A stretch of DNA of 64,000 nt, taken from the NCBI GenBank assembly GCA_963674705.1, contig OY771506.1, forward strand, positions 352,001 through 416,000. Direction: 5' to 3'. Made by a program: the position numbers and the translations under genes. Source of the DNA: Phycisphaeraceae bacterium (GTDB lineage Bacteria; Planctomycetota; Phycisphaerae; Phycisphaerales; Phycisphaeraceae). Under the pieces are notes generated by a model. The model was not told the origin of the DNA. It ran no database searches and saw nothing but the letters and a program-made list of their open reading frames with translations. Shown piece by piece: positions 17,831 through 28,816 of this stretch (positions are counted from its first letter, which is position 1; each line of letters begins with the position of its first letter).

Positions 17831-18232
17831 TTAGACCAACAGGCCGATGGCTCGGAACAGTGAAGCAAAGCCAATATTGATCCCCCACAGCAGCAGCGCG
17901 ATGAACGCGGTGCCGCAGATCACGACCCACGTCGAGCCGATGATCTCTTTCTTGCTGGGCCAGTTGACCTTGTTCATCTCGGCTTCGGTGGCGATCATGA
18001 AGTCGGCGACGTTAGGCTTGTTGAGGATCAGGAAAACGATGATCCCGAAAACCGCGATCACGCCGACCGCCATCCCCGCCTGGTAGTACAGGATGTGGTC
18101 CGTGTTACGGACGATGGTGGGCATCTTCTCCCACAGCCAGCCCACACCCGAGAGCACCATCACGCCGACACCCACCGCCGAGAGCATCCGCGTGTAATAA
18201 CCTTGACCGGGTTTGTAGATAGATAGTGCCAT
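17831..18232 (-). CDS. secE: Preprotein translocase subunit SecE
   Basis: FMIATEAEMNKVNWPSKKE motif; position between tRNA-Trp and nusG. Confidence 0.95.
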   Translation of the reverse strand: MALSIYKPGQGYYTRMLSAVGVGVMVLSGVGWLWEKMPTIVRNTDHILYYQAGMAVGVIAVFGIIVFLILNKPNVADFMIATEAEMNKVNWPSKKEIIGSTWVVICGTAFIALLLWGINIGFASLFRAIGLLV

Positions 18233-18431
18233 GGGTATTCACCAAGCGTTAGGCTTGCATTGCGGCTGGATCAGTTGCAATTGACAACGAACCGCTTGTA
18301 TTTAGTCGTCGGCCAGAACAGAACATTGCCTGCCACCCGGAAAGCCTTTGCAGGAGGCGAAAGGCCAATGGCCGACGGGTTTCGTTCACGTTGACAGGCC
18401 AAGCTTTCCTAACCAGCCCGTCCCGTCCAGA

Positions 18432-18504
<73 letters not shown>

Positions 18505-18612
18505 AAGAGCGTGCGGCACGAGGGGTCGAAGCCTGGGGCCGAGCAAGCTCGGCCGTTAAACTCGGGCTGCGCCCTCAGCACGGCCAAGCCGTGCGTGCCC
18601 GCTTCGCGGTCA

Positions 18613-18792
18613 CTACTTACGTTTGATCTTATGCAGCGTGTGTTTACGCAGGCGTGGCGAGTACTTCTTCAGGCCGGCCTTGAGCTTCTCGGGCAGACCG
18701 CCCTTGACGTTCACGGGTGTGCGGTAATTCAGATCACCACACTCCGAGCACTGGAGCCACACGTATTCAACTGCTTCGGCTTTCTTGGCCAT
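18613..18792 (-). CDS. rpmG: 50S ribosomal protein bL33 (not in ORF track)
   Basis: Manual translation [59 protein letters not shown]; canonical position between tuf and tRNA-Trp. Confidence 0.95.
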   Translation of the reverse strand: MAKKAEAVEYVWLQCSECGDLNYRTPVNVKGGLPEKLKAGLKKYSPRLRKHTLHKIKRK

Positions 18793-18799
18793 GGTAAAG

Positions 18800-18888
18800 A
18801 GCCTTTAGCTAATTCGAATCAGCCTTTAGCCAGCCTTTAGCCATCAGCATCATCAGTGCTAACGGCTAAAGGCTAACGGCTAAGGGCT
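18800..18888. repeat. Inverted pair of AGCCTTT/GGCTAAC heptamer arrays
   Basis: AGCCTTTAGCCAGCCTTTAGCCATCAGCA ... TGCTAACGGCTAAAGGCTAACGGCT in the tuf-rpmG spacer. Confidence 0.8.
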
Positions 18889-18894
18889 TGTTAA

Positions 18895-20100
<1,206 letters not shown>

Positions 20101-20252
20101 CGTCTGAAACCTCCGCCTAACTTTCCGTTGTTCTTGGTTGTACCCGGACACGCTGTGTTAGGCGTCAACGCGTCCGGCCGTGATCGGTTTCCAATTCACC
20201 TGTGTCGGCCGCCGAGCCCGTACCCGGCTGATCTAATTAGCCGTCCTCAAAA

Positions 20253-20324
<72 letters not shown>

Positions 20325-20852
20325 GGCCAAATGCCTTGACAGCCCGCGCACCCTGACGCAGTGGCTGTCACCGAGCCCAAGACTCGGCACTTTAGCGACT
20401 TCACACCGATTGACAAGGGGCGTCGAACTGGCCTTGTAACCAATCCGCGCCCCTAACATCCGGTCGCTATGAAAACCGCTGCATCGGTCAGCCTGGATCA
20501 GATCCAAACCGACGCAGGAGCATATCAGCATGCCCCATCCACGTCAAACCCGCAGCAGTTACCACTCAATGCCATAAACATCCTTGCCGAACTGGGGATA
20601 CTGCTATCGACCAGCAACCCGCCCCCGATCGTAAAATCAATCCATTTAACAGATTATCGGATTCAAATTGCCGCCAAAATCTTTGTGTAAACCCCTTTTA
20701 AACACCCCATCCCCCACCCGACTGAATTGTCTATTACCTTATGCCGACCTATCATACGGTGTCGCAGACGCAGTGACCCGGCAGCCCCGGACGTTCCGGG
20801 ATAACCCGGCTATCAACGCGGCCACCACTTTCGATGGATCGCAAGGAGCACA

Positions 20853-21116
20853 ATGACCCAGGACGGTAATACCACAGCTGACACCCGCAGTATCTACGAA
20901 CGCGTGGAAGAGGTGATCGAACGGATCCGACCGGCCGTCCAGTCCGACGGCGGGGACCTGGAACTGGTCGCCGTCACCGACGAGGGTGTCGTGCAGATAC
21001 GCCTGCTGGGCGCCTGCATCGGCTGTCCGTCCAGCGGGATGACCCTGCACATGGGCATTGAACGCAACGTGCGCGAAAAGATCCCGGAAGTGACCGGCGT
21101 TGAGCAAGTGAGCTAA
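20853..21116 (+). CDS. NifU C-terminal/Nfu-type Fe-S carrier
   Basis: IRPAVQSDGGDLELV and GACIGCPSS..TL motifs; AAGGAG SD. Confidence 0.93.
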   Translation: MTQDGNTTADTRSIYERVEEVIERIRPAVQSDGGDLELVAVTDEGVVQIRLLGACIGCPSSGMTLHMGIERNVREKIPEVTGVEQVS

Positions 21117-21214
21117 ACCCCTACCCCGCCAATGTAATCGGCGGACTCAGGACGAGATACCCAAGCCGCGACACCCCCAGCGGCCCGGGAAGACAGGGTC
21201 AGGAGACCAAAGGC

Positions 21215-21430
21215 ATGCTCGCACTCACACGCCGCGTCGGCGAAGAAGTCGTAATTGGCGACCCAGGCAACCCCCAAGGGGTCATCCGCATCGTCGAAAT
21301 CCAAGGCGACAAGGTACGCCTCGCCTTCGACTTCCCACGCGAAACCGCCATCAACCGCCGAGAACTCGCCGACCAGAAAGCCCGCGGCGAAAAACCAACA
21401 AAGAAAAACAACGGCAACGGCGGCAAGTAA
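21215..21430 (+). CDS. csrA: Carbon storage regulator CsrA
   Basis: MLALTRRVGEEVVIG...GDKVRLAFDFPRE..INRREL. Confidence 0.9.
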   Translation: MLALTRRVGEEVVIGDPGNPQGVIRIVEIQGDKVRLAFDFPRETAINRRELADQKARGEKPTKKNNGNGGK

Positions 21431-21458
21431 ACCTCACCGTCCTGCCTTCGACCCATTT

Positions 21459-21489
21459 AGCCCCAGGCGGAAGCCTGGGGTTTTTTATT
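21459..21489 (+). terminator. Intrinsic terminator after csrA
   Basis: CCCCAGGC-GGAA-GCCTGGGG-TTTTTTATT. Confidence 0.85.
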
Positions 21490-21535
21490 CGTCTACCACA
21501 TTGCCGCCTAACCACCGCCGACTAAGATCGGCCCC

Positions 21536-22321
21536 ATGACCCAAAACAATCACTCACAACCCGCCCCACAAAAACTCGGCGACTTCACCGAACAAGCCGA
21601 CGCGTATCAGGCTTCACGCCCGAACTACCCCGTCGCCCTGATCGAAGAGCTTATCCACCAACTCAACCTCCAACCCAGCGCCAACGTCGCTGACATCGGC
21701 GCGGGCACCGGCATCTTCACCGCTCAACTCGCAGCGCATGGCTTCAACATGACCGCCGTCGAACCCAACCCCGTCATGAGTAACAAAGCGGTAACCCATA
21801 CGAACGTCCGTTGGGTCAAAGGCACGTTTGAAGAAACTTACCTGCCTGATGCTTCGCAGGATTGGATCACCGCCGCACAGGCATTCCACTGGGCCAAACC
21901 CGACCAGGCCCTGCCCGAACTGCACCGCATCCTCAAACCCAACAGCGCTTTCACCGCGCTGTGGAACAACCGCCTTAACAATGAAGAACCGATACTCACG
22001 CGCACATGGGAACTGATACGTACCAACGTCCCCGAATTCGACGATACCTACCGCGACAACGGCAACTGGGAAAACGTACTCACCTCAAACGGCCTCTTTC
22101 ACGATGTAACCCGCAACGAACACCGCCACATCATCAACATGCCCCGCGAGCGCTACCTCGCACTCTGGCACAGCCACAACCACCTCAACGTCTCCGCAGG
22201 CCCACAGCGCTTCGCCAAACTGATCCAACTCATCGAACAGGACCTGGACAAACACAATGTCGATGTTGTGCCGATGCCCTATCTATGCCAAGCCTGGACC
22301 GCCAAACGCCGCGATACATAA
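21536..22321 (+). CDS. Class I SAM-dependent methyltransferase
   Basis: Y..SRPNYP, VADIGAGTG, AVEPN and AAQAFHW motifs. Confidence 0.92.
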   Translation: MTQNNHSQPAPQKLGDFTEQADAYQASRPNYPVALIEELIHQLNLQPSANVADIGAGTGIFTAQLAAHGFNMTAVEPNPVMSNKAVTHTNVRWVKGTFEETYLPDASQDWITAAQAFHWAKPDQALPELHRILKPNSAFTALWNNRLNNEEPILTRTWELIRTNVPEFDDTYRDNGNWENVLTSNGLFHDVTRNEHRHIINMPRERYLALWHSHNHLNVSAGPQRFAKLIQLIEQDLDKHNVDVVPMPYLCQAWTAKRRDT

Positions 22322-22368
22322 AACACACTTAGCCCCGGGCTTGCCCGGGGTAACTCAACAAATGCAGA

Positions 22369-22424
22369 TGAACCGCGAAGGCGCAAAGAGCGCGAAGAAG
22401 ATTAGCCACCGATAAACACGGATA
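22369..22424 (+). repeat. Left inverted repeat of a filled bracket
   Basis: TGAACCGCGAAGGCGCAAAGAGCGCGAAGAAGATTAGCCACCGATAAACACGGATA, complementary to 23060-23125 with about 5 mismatches. Confidence 0.9.
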
Positions 22425-22443
22425 CGAGCCAAGCGAAGAGGTG

Positions 22444-22956
22444 CTATTCCAACAAACGCGACGACACGACATACAATGCCGCCAGGCAAACCGGTGTCAG
22501 GCTGTCGAAGAAAAATGCAACCAGTAGATTGATATTATCGTCCACTGGAATAACCCGAACGATCGCAGTTGAAACCAGACAAACCGGCACGATGGCGATG
22601 CACGCAAGCTTCACCCATTCGATGCCTTTTAGATTCGCTTCTCGCCAAAGCCCTATCAAGAGAAACAAGAGCGTCAGCAGGTAGAGGATGTAGAAAGGCC
22701 AATAGGTCCAGACATAAAGCCAATCGAGACGATCGGTCGTTTGGCCCCTGAATAAATCAGGAAACGTCAGAACTACTTGAATACCTGATGCAACAGCAGC
22801 AAATGAATACACCTTCTGACGATCACGTATCGCCCAGCAAGCCCCGGCAATGAGGCCATATCCAATACAGCTTGGCAGACAAATACCTAGCCCGTTGACT
22901 TCCAGGTTTAACGCAACACACAACAAGCCAATCGCAATCAACCAATAATGTGTCAT
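22444..22956 (-). CDS. Orphan multi-TM membrane protein (cargo between inverted repeats)
   Basis: Lower-GC 170-aa hydrophobic ORF with AGGGGG SD. Confidence 0.75.
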   Translation of the reverse strand: MTHYWLIAIGLLCVALNLEVNGLGICLPSCIGYGLIAGACWAIRDRQKVYSFAAVASGIQVVLTFPDLFRGQTTDRLDWLYVWTYWPFYILYLLTLLFLLIGLWREANLKGIEWVKLACIAIVPVCLVSTAIVRVIPVDDNINLLVAFFFDSLTPVCLAALYVVSSRLLE

Positions 22957-23059
22957 CAGTAAATTCCCCCTTTAAAACATGGATCGAAAACGAACAATCC
23001 TCTACTACTAACTGAATCTAAGAACCAAACGCTGCTCATCAGCCTCAACTCTTTTTTCT

Positions 23060-23125
23060 TATCCGTGTTCATCCGTGTTCATCTGTGGCTAATCTTCTCC
23101 GCGCTCTTCGCCCCTTCGCGGTTCA
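23060..23125 (-). repeat. Right inverted repeat of a filled bracket
   Basis: TATCCGTGTTCATCCGTGTTCATCTGTGGCTAATCTTCTCCGCGCTCTTCGCCCCTTCGCGGTTCA. Confidence 0.9.
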
Positions 23126-23129
23126 CCCC

Positions 23130-24038
23130 CTATCCAAAATACTTCCCCCACAACAAATCCAACCGCTCAACCGCCACCCGATCGATCTTCGAGTTATCCG
23201 ACCAGATTCCCAGCGCCAGCGCGCTGTGCGCCGGACTCGGTTCAGCCTGCAACGCGCTCGTATCGCGCAGCGCCTGCTTCATCAGCGCGATGTTCGCCTT
23301 CGTCGCTTTTTGCAGGTTCCCGATGATCTCTTCCAGCAGATTCTGCGCAGGTACATTCGGATCGTGTGGCCGCCAACAGTCGTAATCCGTCGGCATGGCG
23401 ATCATCGCATACGCGATCTCCGCTTCACGCGCGAGCTTCGCCTCGGGCATCGCCGTCATGCCGATCAGGTCGCCGCCCCACTGCCGGTGCATGTTGGATT
23501 CAGCCTTGGTCGAAAAGGCAGGCCCTTCCATCACCACATACGTCCCCGTTTCGTGCACCTTGATCCCGTCGAGCCCCTTGGCCGCATCCAAGAGCCACTT
23601 GCGCATCACCGGGCAGAACGGCTCGGAAAATTCCACGTGTACCGCGGCACATTCGTAAAAGGTGTTTGCCCGCTTGTGCGTCTTATCTATCAGTTGATCG
23701 ACGATGACAAGATCACCCGGTGCGACCTCTTCGCGCAATGAGCCGGTTGCGCCGCTTGCGAGAATATGTGTAACACCCAGGCTCTTGAGTGCGTAGATAT
23801 TAGCGCGGTACGGCACAGCCGAAGGGTTGAGCGTGTGCCCCGGGCCGTGACGTTGAAGGATCGCGACCTGTGTGCCACCCCCGGAAGTTCCCCAATCCGC
23901 GAGCGTGATCGGTGAACTGGGTTTACCGAAAGGGGTATCGACTTCGATCGTCTCGCCCTTTTCCGCCCCGAGCGCGTCGCCCAGGCCGCTGCCGCCGATG
24001 ATGCCGATTTTTACTTGTTCATGGGTTGTCTGATTCAT
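23130..24038 (-). CDS. mtnP: S-methyl-5'-thioadenosine phosphorylase
   Basis: IGIIGGSG, TPFG.PS, RHG..H, EGPAFST.AES, GMT..PEAKLAREAE and TDYDCW motifs. Confidence 0.95.
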   Translation of the reverse strand: MNQTTHEQVKIGIIGGSGLGDALGAEKGETIEVDTPFGKPSSPITLADWGTSGGGTQVAILQRHGPGHTLNPSAVPYRANIYALKSLGVTHILASGATGSLREEVAPGDLVIVDQLIDKTHKRANTFYECAAVHVEFSEPFCPVMRKWLLDAAKGLDGIKVHETGTYVVMEGPAFSTKAESNMHRQWGGDLIGMTAMPEAKLAREAEIAYAMIAMPTDYDCWRPHDPNVPAQNLLEEIIGNLQKATKANIALMKQALRDTSALQAEPSPAHSALALGIWSDNSKIDRVAVERLDLLWGKYFG

Positions 24039-24231
24039 CACAGGATCATAACCCATTTACAAAAGTGCAGACCCGATGCACAAAACCACCCGCGAGCACG
24101 GTGTGATCAATGAATACACACCCGAATCAAAATTTCCTATTGGGGGCATGACATAAATCTGTCCGTCATGCGACTACACCCATGCATCAGCCTGAAAGTG
24201 CCTCTGGCACGACACGCTAGGGAGGTGTCAC

Positions 24232-25002
24232 ATGTCAACGACGACGCTCCAGCCCAGTCTCAGCGATTGCACATCACAAACGCAGCCCCAAGCCATCCAA
24301 ACACCTTCCGGGAAACTTGCTTCCGGGGCTATTCATTCGCCTCATTCTGCCCGTCCAGGGGGACAAACGCCGGCGCTTTCCGCCAAGAGCAGCTCGGCCG
24401 CGTCCCCCGGACTTTTAACATCCACCCACCGCCGCCTCGCCCCTGCCCAGGCTGGCATCCTGAGCAAAATGACGACCCAAGGCCTCGCGCTTACCGGCCT
24501 GGGCATCGTCGCCGCCTCGGTCTGGCTGAGCTACCAGATGGGTGAGATCGACCGCGTTCGCAACTTCATCGCAGACTGGCCCAACTTCATCACCTTCAGC
24601 GCCATCGACGAAGCCTACTACCCGTCCGTCTCAGGCTACCTCGGCCTCGTGTTTGCCGGCCCGCTCGGCGCGATCCTGACTGCCGCGCTTGCGATTTGCA
24701 TGGGTATGGGACTATGGGCGTTAAGATCCGGCCGCCGCTCACAACCCCGCCTGTTTCCCAAAGCATTACCGCTTACCGCCGCATACCTTTTACCCTTCCT
24801 GGTCCTCGGCTTTGCGATCTTCTCCGCCTTCGAATTCGCCGGGGCATACGCGATGCCCGCCACGCTCCGCGCTCAGCCCGCCCTCATAGACATCTGGGTC
24901 ATCACCGCCCTCTCCTGCGCCGCCCTCCTGACCCTCTCTTCCACCGCCCTGCTGCTTATCTGGGCCTGGCGACGCGAAAATCGACTCACAAAATGCGCCT
25001 GA
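24232..25002 (+). CDS. Hypothetical membrane protein
   Basis: GGAGG SD; four hydrophobic segments after a low-complexity N-terminus. Confidence 0.65.
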   Translation: MSTTTLQPSLSDCTSQTQPQAIQTPSGKLASGAIHSPHSARPGGQTPALSAKSSSAASPGLLTSTHRRLAPAQAGILSKMTTQGLALTGLGIVAASVWLSYQMGEIDRVRNFIADWPNFITFSAIDEAYYPSVSGYLGLVFAGPLGAILTAALAICMGMGLWALRSGRRSQPRLFPKALPLTAAYLLPFLVLGFAIFSAFEFAGAYAMPATLRAQPALIDIWVITALSCAALLTLSSTALLLIWAWRRENRLTKCA

Positions 25003-25100
25003 ACCAAACCGGCCCCAAAACGTCTGTAACACTCCGGCCCCATCCGACGTATGCTTGATTGACCGACCAAACAAACATGCGTCAGCCGGAGAAAATAACC

Positions 25101-26144
25101 ATGAAACGCAATATCACGTCCCTGATCCTGATCCTCTGCCTGCTTCTCACCGTCCTGCCCACCCAGGCCCAATCACAATCGACGCTCGTGCCGGACGATG
25201 CACAGTTCGCGCTCGTGCTCAACCCCTCACGGATCATGCAGAGCAAGCTCGGCCAAACCATCCTCGAAAGAATCCGCGAGGAAGAACCCGAAATCGACTC
25301 AATCATCGATGAGTTCTCCAACACCGTCGGCATCGACCTGCGTAACTCGCTCGGCCAAACCGTCCTCTTCGGCTCAGGCTATGACAAGAAACAGTTCGCA
25401 CTCGTCGCCGACATCGGCCCAAGCGCGGGCAACATCAGCGGCCTGTTGCTGACCGCCCCGGATTACAGCTCCGAAGTCTACCGCGACAAGGTCATCATCC
25501 ACTCCATACTCACCGAAGACCCGATGGGCCAGGCCGACCGACTCTACTGCGCCATCCCCAAACGATCGTTCGGCGATTCCTACTACCTCGTCGCCTCCTT
25601 CGACCCGAAGCGTACCCGCGACATGGTCGACCAGACCATCGACGGTAACGCCAAACTGATGTCCGACGGCGACGATTCAGGCACCCTGCTGAATGCCTGG
25701 TTCAACGGCCTGCCCGAACTGGCGCAAGCCGCCCGCGCCGAAGGCCCCCCCTCCAGGATCGCTGAGATGATCCAACGCGGACAACTCACGCTCAAAGAAG
25801 CAGGCGAAAACGCCACCGTCACACTCAAACTCACCATGACCGACGCACTCCGAGCCGAGCAGGTCTGTCAACTACTGCAAGGCGGCCTGGCGATGATGCA
25901 ACTGGTCGCCAGCAGCGAACCCGAGGCTCGACCGCTCGGTGAACTCGGCCAACTCATCAAGGTCAACTACACGCCCAACGACACCGTCGTCGTCGCCACC
26001 ATGACCAGCAGCTTCGAGCAACTGGAAGAACTGATCGGTAAACTCGAAGACATGGATCATCATCAAAACAATCATCATCCCAAGGCCGCGCCGGTAGAAA
26101 TGCAAGAGACCGAAGAAACAGTCGACGTCGTGGAAACGCCCTGA
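25101..26144 (+). CDS. Secreted hypothetical protein (first gene of an ECF locus)
   Basis: Signal peptide MKRNITSLILILCLLLTVLPTQA; host codon usage. Confidence 0.8.
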   Translation: MKRNITSLILILCLLLTVLPTQAQSQSTLVPDDAQFALVLNPSRIMQSKLGQTILERIREEEPEIDSIIDEFSNTVGIDLRNSLGQTVLFGSGYDKKQFALVADIGPSAGNISGLLLTAPDYSSEVYRDKVIIHSILTEDPMGQADRLYCAIPKRSFGDSYYLVASFDPKRTRDMVDQTIDGNAKLMSDGDDSGTLLNAWFNGLPELAQAARAEGPPSRIAEMIQRGQLTLKEAGENATVTLKLTMTDALRAEQVCQLLQGGLAMMQLVASSEPEARPLGELGQLIKVNYTPNDTVVVATMTSSFEQLEELIGKLEDMDHHQNNHHPKAAPVEMQETEETVDVVETP

Positions 26145-26188
26145 TAATCCTGTCCACTCATCGCAACTAAACAATCGGATTCGGCAAA

Positions 26189-26875
26189 TTGACTGACCCA
26201 AGCACGCAACAGACCACCAACGCAGGGGGACTCGGCACGCTCAGCGATGAACAGCTCGCTGAGCGTGTCCGCGGTGGGTGCGTCAAGTCCTACGAGCAGC
26301 TCGACAAACGTTTCCGCCCCAGGCTTGTGTACCTGATGCGTAAACGCACGGGTAGCCGCGAAGATGCCGAAGACCTGACGCAGCAGGCGCTGCTGCGTGC
26401 CTACCAGCAGATCGACAAGTACAACCCCAAGCACTCGTTCCGCGCCTGGCTGTTCACGATCGCGATCCGCATGGCGATCGATGCGTTCCGCAAACGCGGC
26501 ATCGATGCAGCAGCCGAAGGCATCGAACGCGCCCAGGACCCGACGCCCGGCCCAGCCGAAACCGTCAGCCGAATGGATACCCAACGAAGACTCTGGGCGC
26601 TGGCCGACAAAGTACTGGACCCCGTCCAGCGGACCGCGCTATGGTTACACTACGGCGAAGACCTGAAAACCAAGCAGATCGCCAAAACACTGGGACTCAC
26701 CGCGGTACACGTAAGAGTATTGCTCTACCGTGCAAGACGAACCATGATGACGCATCTAGAGGAGACCGAAAACAAAACCGAGGCCGTCACCGTCCCCGAA
26801 CCGGCATACGCCTCGACACCACCGCACGCCTCGACCCCTCGTAAGTCAAGGCTGAGTGAAGGAGCTGTGACATGA
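26189..26875 (+). CDS. ECF RNA polymerase sigma factor
   Basis: DAEDLTQQALLRAY and FRAWLFTIA (region 2); IAKTLG.T...VRVLLYRARR (region 4). Confidence 0.92.
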   Translation: MTDPSTQQTTNAGGLGTLSDEQLAERVRGGCVKSYEQLDKRFRPRLVYLMRKRTGSREDAEDLTQQALLRAYQQIDKYNPKHSFRAWLFTIAIRMAIDAFRKRGIDAAAEGIERAQDPTPGPAETVSRMDTQRRLWALADKVLDPVQRTALWLHYGEDLKTKQIAKTLGLTAVHVRVLLYRARRTMMTHLEETENKTEAVTVPEPAYASTPPHASTPRKSRLSEGAVT

Positions 26876-27525
26876 TCCGTTGGCTTTCACAACTATGGGT
26901 CAGTAGCGCGATCGATCGAAACGACGCGCCACCGAAGCTCTGGACATGGACGTTCGGACGCCTGAAGTCCCACCGCAAGTTCGCATCACAACTGCAACAA
27001 CTCGACGGCCAACTCAAACGCCAGGCCGTCTCACAACAGCGATCCCTCGCGCAAGAGCACCTGCCCATCGGTGACTACACAGCAAACAAAACAATCACCG
27101 ATCCCGCGCCGGCCAGCGCATCAAACGAATGGCTACTTCGCCTGCTCAAACCAGCCGTCGCACTCGCCTGCTGCGCGATCCTCGCCGCCGCTACCTGGAC
27201 ACTTTGGCCCAAACAACCTGCACCAGACACCGACCTGCTCACCAAGGCTTTCGAAGATCAATTCGAACAACTCTGGACCCCAATCTCCGAGCAGGCCCAA
27301 ACGACCGGCCAAGCCCTGCGCCAGCAAACCACCTACATGACCGACCTCCCCCAGCATCTGCCTAAGATCGACCAGGTTGTTCAGGACCTGAGCATCAACA
27401 TCGAAACACCCATCCGCGAAGAAATGAACCGCTTCGCACAGGACATGACCCAACCCTGGATCTACATCACCAACCAACTCCCCCGCCCCACCCCACGCCA
27501 AGACCCACCACCCTCAAACGGCTAA
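26872..27525 (+). CDS. Putative anti-sigma factor (single TM)
   Basis: Overlaps the sigma-factor stop; one central TM helix. Confidence 0.6.
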   Translation: MIRWLSQLWVSSAIDRNDAPPKLWTWTFGRLKSHRKFASQLQQLDGQLKRQAVSQQRSLAQEHLPIGDYTANKTITDPAPASASNEWLLRLLKPAVALACCAILAAATWTLWPKQPAPDTDLLTKAFEDQFEQLWTPISEQAQTTGQALRQQTTYMTDLPQHLPKIDQVVQDLSINIETPIREEMNRFAQDMTQPWIYITNQLPRPTPRQDPPPSNG

Positions 27526-27792
27526 ACACAATTCAACTGGATAGCCCACCCGGGGTACCCACCTAAAGCCCGGGGATAGCCATCCCAGGGCACAAGGGCG
27601 CTAAGGCGTTAGCGCATCTACCACAACCAATATCGCAACAATCGCGCAAGATAATCTTGGAATCCTTAAGCGCGGGTGTTACACTGTCACATAGCGTCCG
27701 ACGGTGTAGCTATACAGAAGCTATATAGAAAATGCCGGGCAATTCAACAAGCTGGCTTCATGCCATCGCATGACTGTTAAAGGGGGCTTTCG

Positions 27793-28602
27793 ATGAACAC
27801 TTCCCGTCTTGCCTTTTGGCTCACCGCTTTACTATGCACAGCCGTCGTATCCTCCGCCTGGGCGGCAACTGTCAGTATCCACGTGCCGGAGTACGAAGGC
27901 ACACGCCACACCTATGGCGATGCGACACGCTATGTCGATCTCGACTTCGGGATGGCCTTTTCTCAGATCAACAACATCACAATCGAAGTCACCGGGACCG
28001 GCCACGAGGGAGCAGGGATCATCACCGGCGGCCTCTGGGACCCCGGCACTTACCCGGTGGCGCTGGACGCCGAATTCCTGATCGGATCGATGTCCGAGTA
28101 CCTGACCGACGGCAGCAGACTTTCCGGATGTTACTTCGGCGTCGTCGGGCTGTTCGATGACACGCCCCAAACGCTCCAACCATCCACGACCGTGCGGCCG
28201 CGTTACCAGACCTTCCTTGACGGGCAGGCCCAGTTGTACATCGAATCAAACTTCATCGGCACGTTTGATGGATACTTCTATCCGACCGATCCGTCATACG
28301 TCGATATCGAATCCTTCGTCATCACCATCGAAGGCGAACCTGCAGCACTAACCTTGGACCCCGACAACGACGGCTACGTCGGGTTGTCGGACCTCGACCT
28401 GGTGCTAGCTCATTGGGGCCACACCGTGACGCCGGGTAACCCCCTCAAGGGCGACCTCGACGGCGACGGACTCGTCGGCCTGGCCGACTTGGATATCGTA
28501 TTGAACAACTGGAACACAGCAACGACGCCGGCAGTCGTCGTACCGGAACCGACAGGATTTGTGCTGCTGAGCCTTGGTGTCTGTGCGTTATTAAGACGTT
28601 GA
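27793..28602 (+). CDS. PEP-CTERM protein with dockerin-like Ca-binding repeats
   Basis: Signal peptide; DPDNDGYVGLSDL and GDLDGDGLVGLADL repeats; C-terminal VPEPTGFVLLSLGVCALLRR. Confidence 0.9.
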   Translation: MNTSRLAFWLTALLCTAVVSSAWAATVSIHVPEYEGTRHTYGDATRYVDLDFGMAFSQINNITIEVTGTGHEGAGIITGGLWDPGTYPVALDAEFLIGSMSEYLTDGSRLSGCYFGVVGLFDDTPQTLQPSTTVRPRYQTFLDGQAQLYIESNFIGTFDGYFYPTDPSYVDIESFVITIEGEPAALTLDPDNDGYVGLSDLDLVLAHWGHTVTPGNPLKGDLDGDGLVGLADLDIVLNNWNTATTPAVVVPEPTGFVLLSLGVCALLRR

Positions 28603-28678
28603 AAATGGCAATAAACAGCCTTATCCACCCTCTTTTCAACCCGCAAGTCGATGTTTTAAACAAAGCCCGAATGCTCAA

Positions 28679-28712
28679 CTAACGCCCGGGGATAGCTATC
28701 CCCGGGCGTTAG
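28679..28712. repeat. Perfect 34-bp palindrome, REP-like family B
   Basis: CTAACGCCCGGGGATAGCTATCCCCGGGCGTTAG; related to 27567-27591 and 22331-22350. Confidence 0.8.
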
Positions 28713-28816
28713 GAAGTTCGGAAGTTGAAACCTCACCCAATCAGATAGACAGCGTTGCGATGCGCTTATCCACTCCCTGCATAAGAGTGAGAACCGATGC
28801 TACTTGCTTCCTGATA

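Noticed and set aside
28679..28714. TAAC...GTTAG palindrome resembling an integron attC
   Set aside because: Only 34 bp, a perfect palindrome without extrahelical bases, imperfect RYYYAAC/GTTRRRY, and no integron integrase in the window; better explained as a REP.
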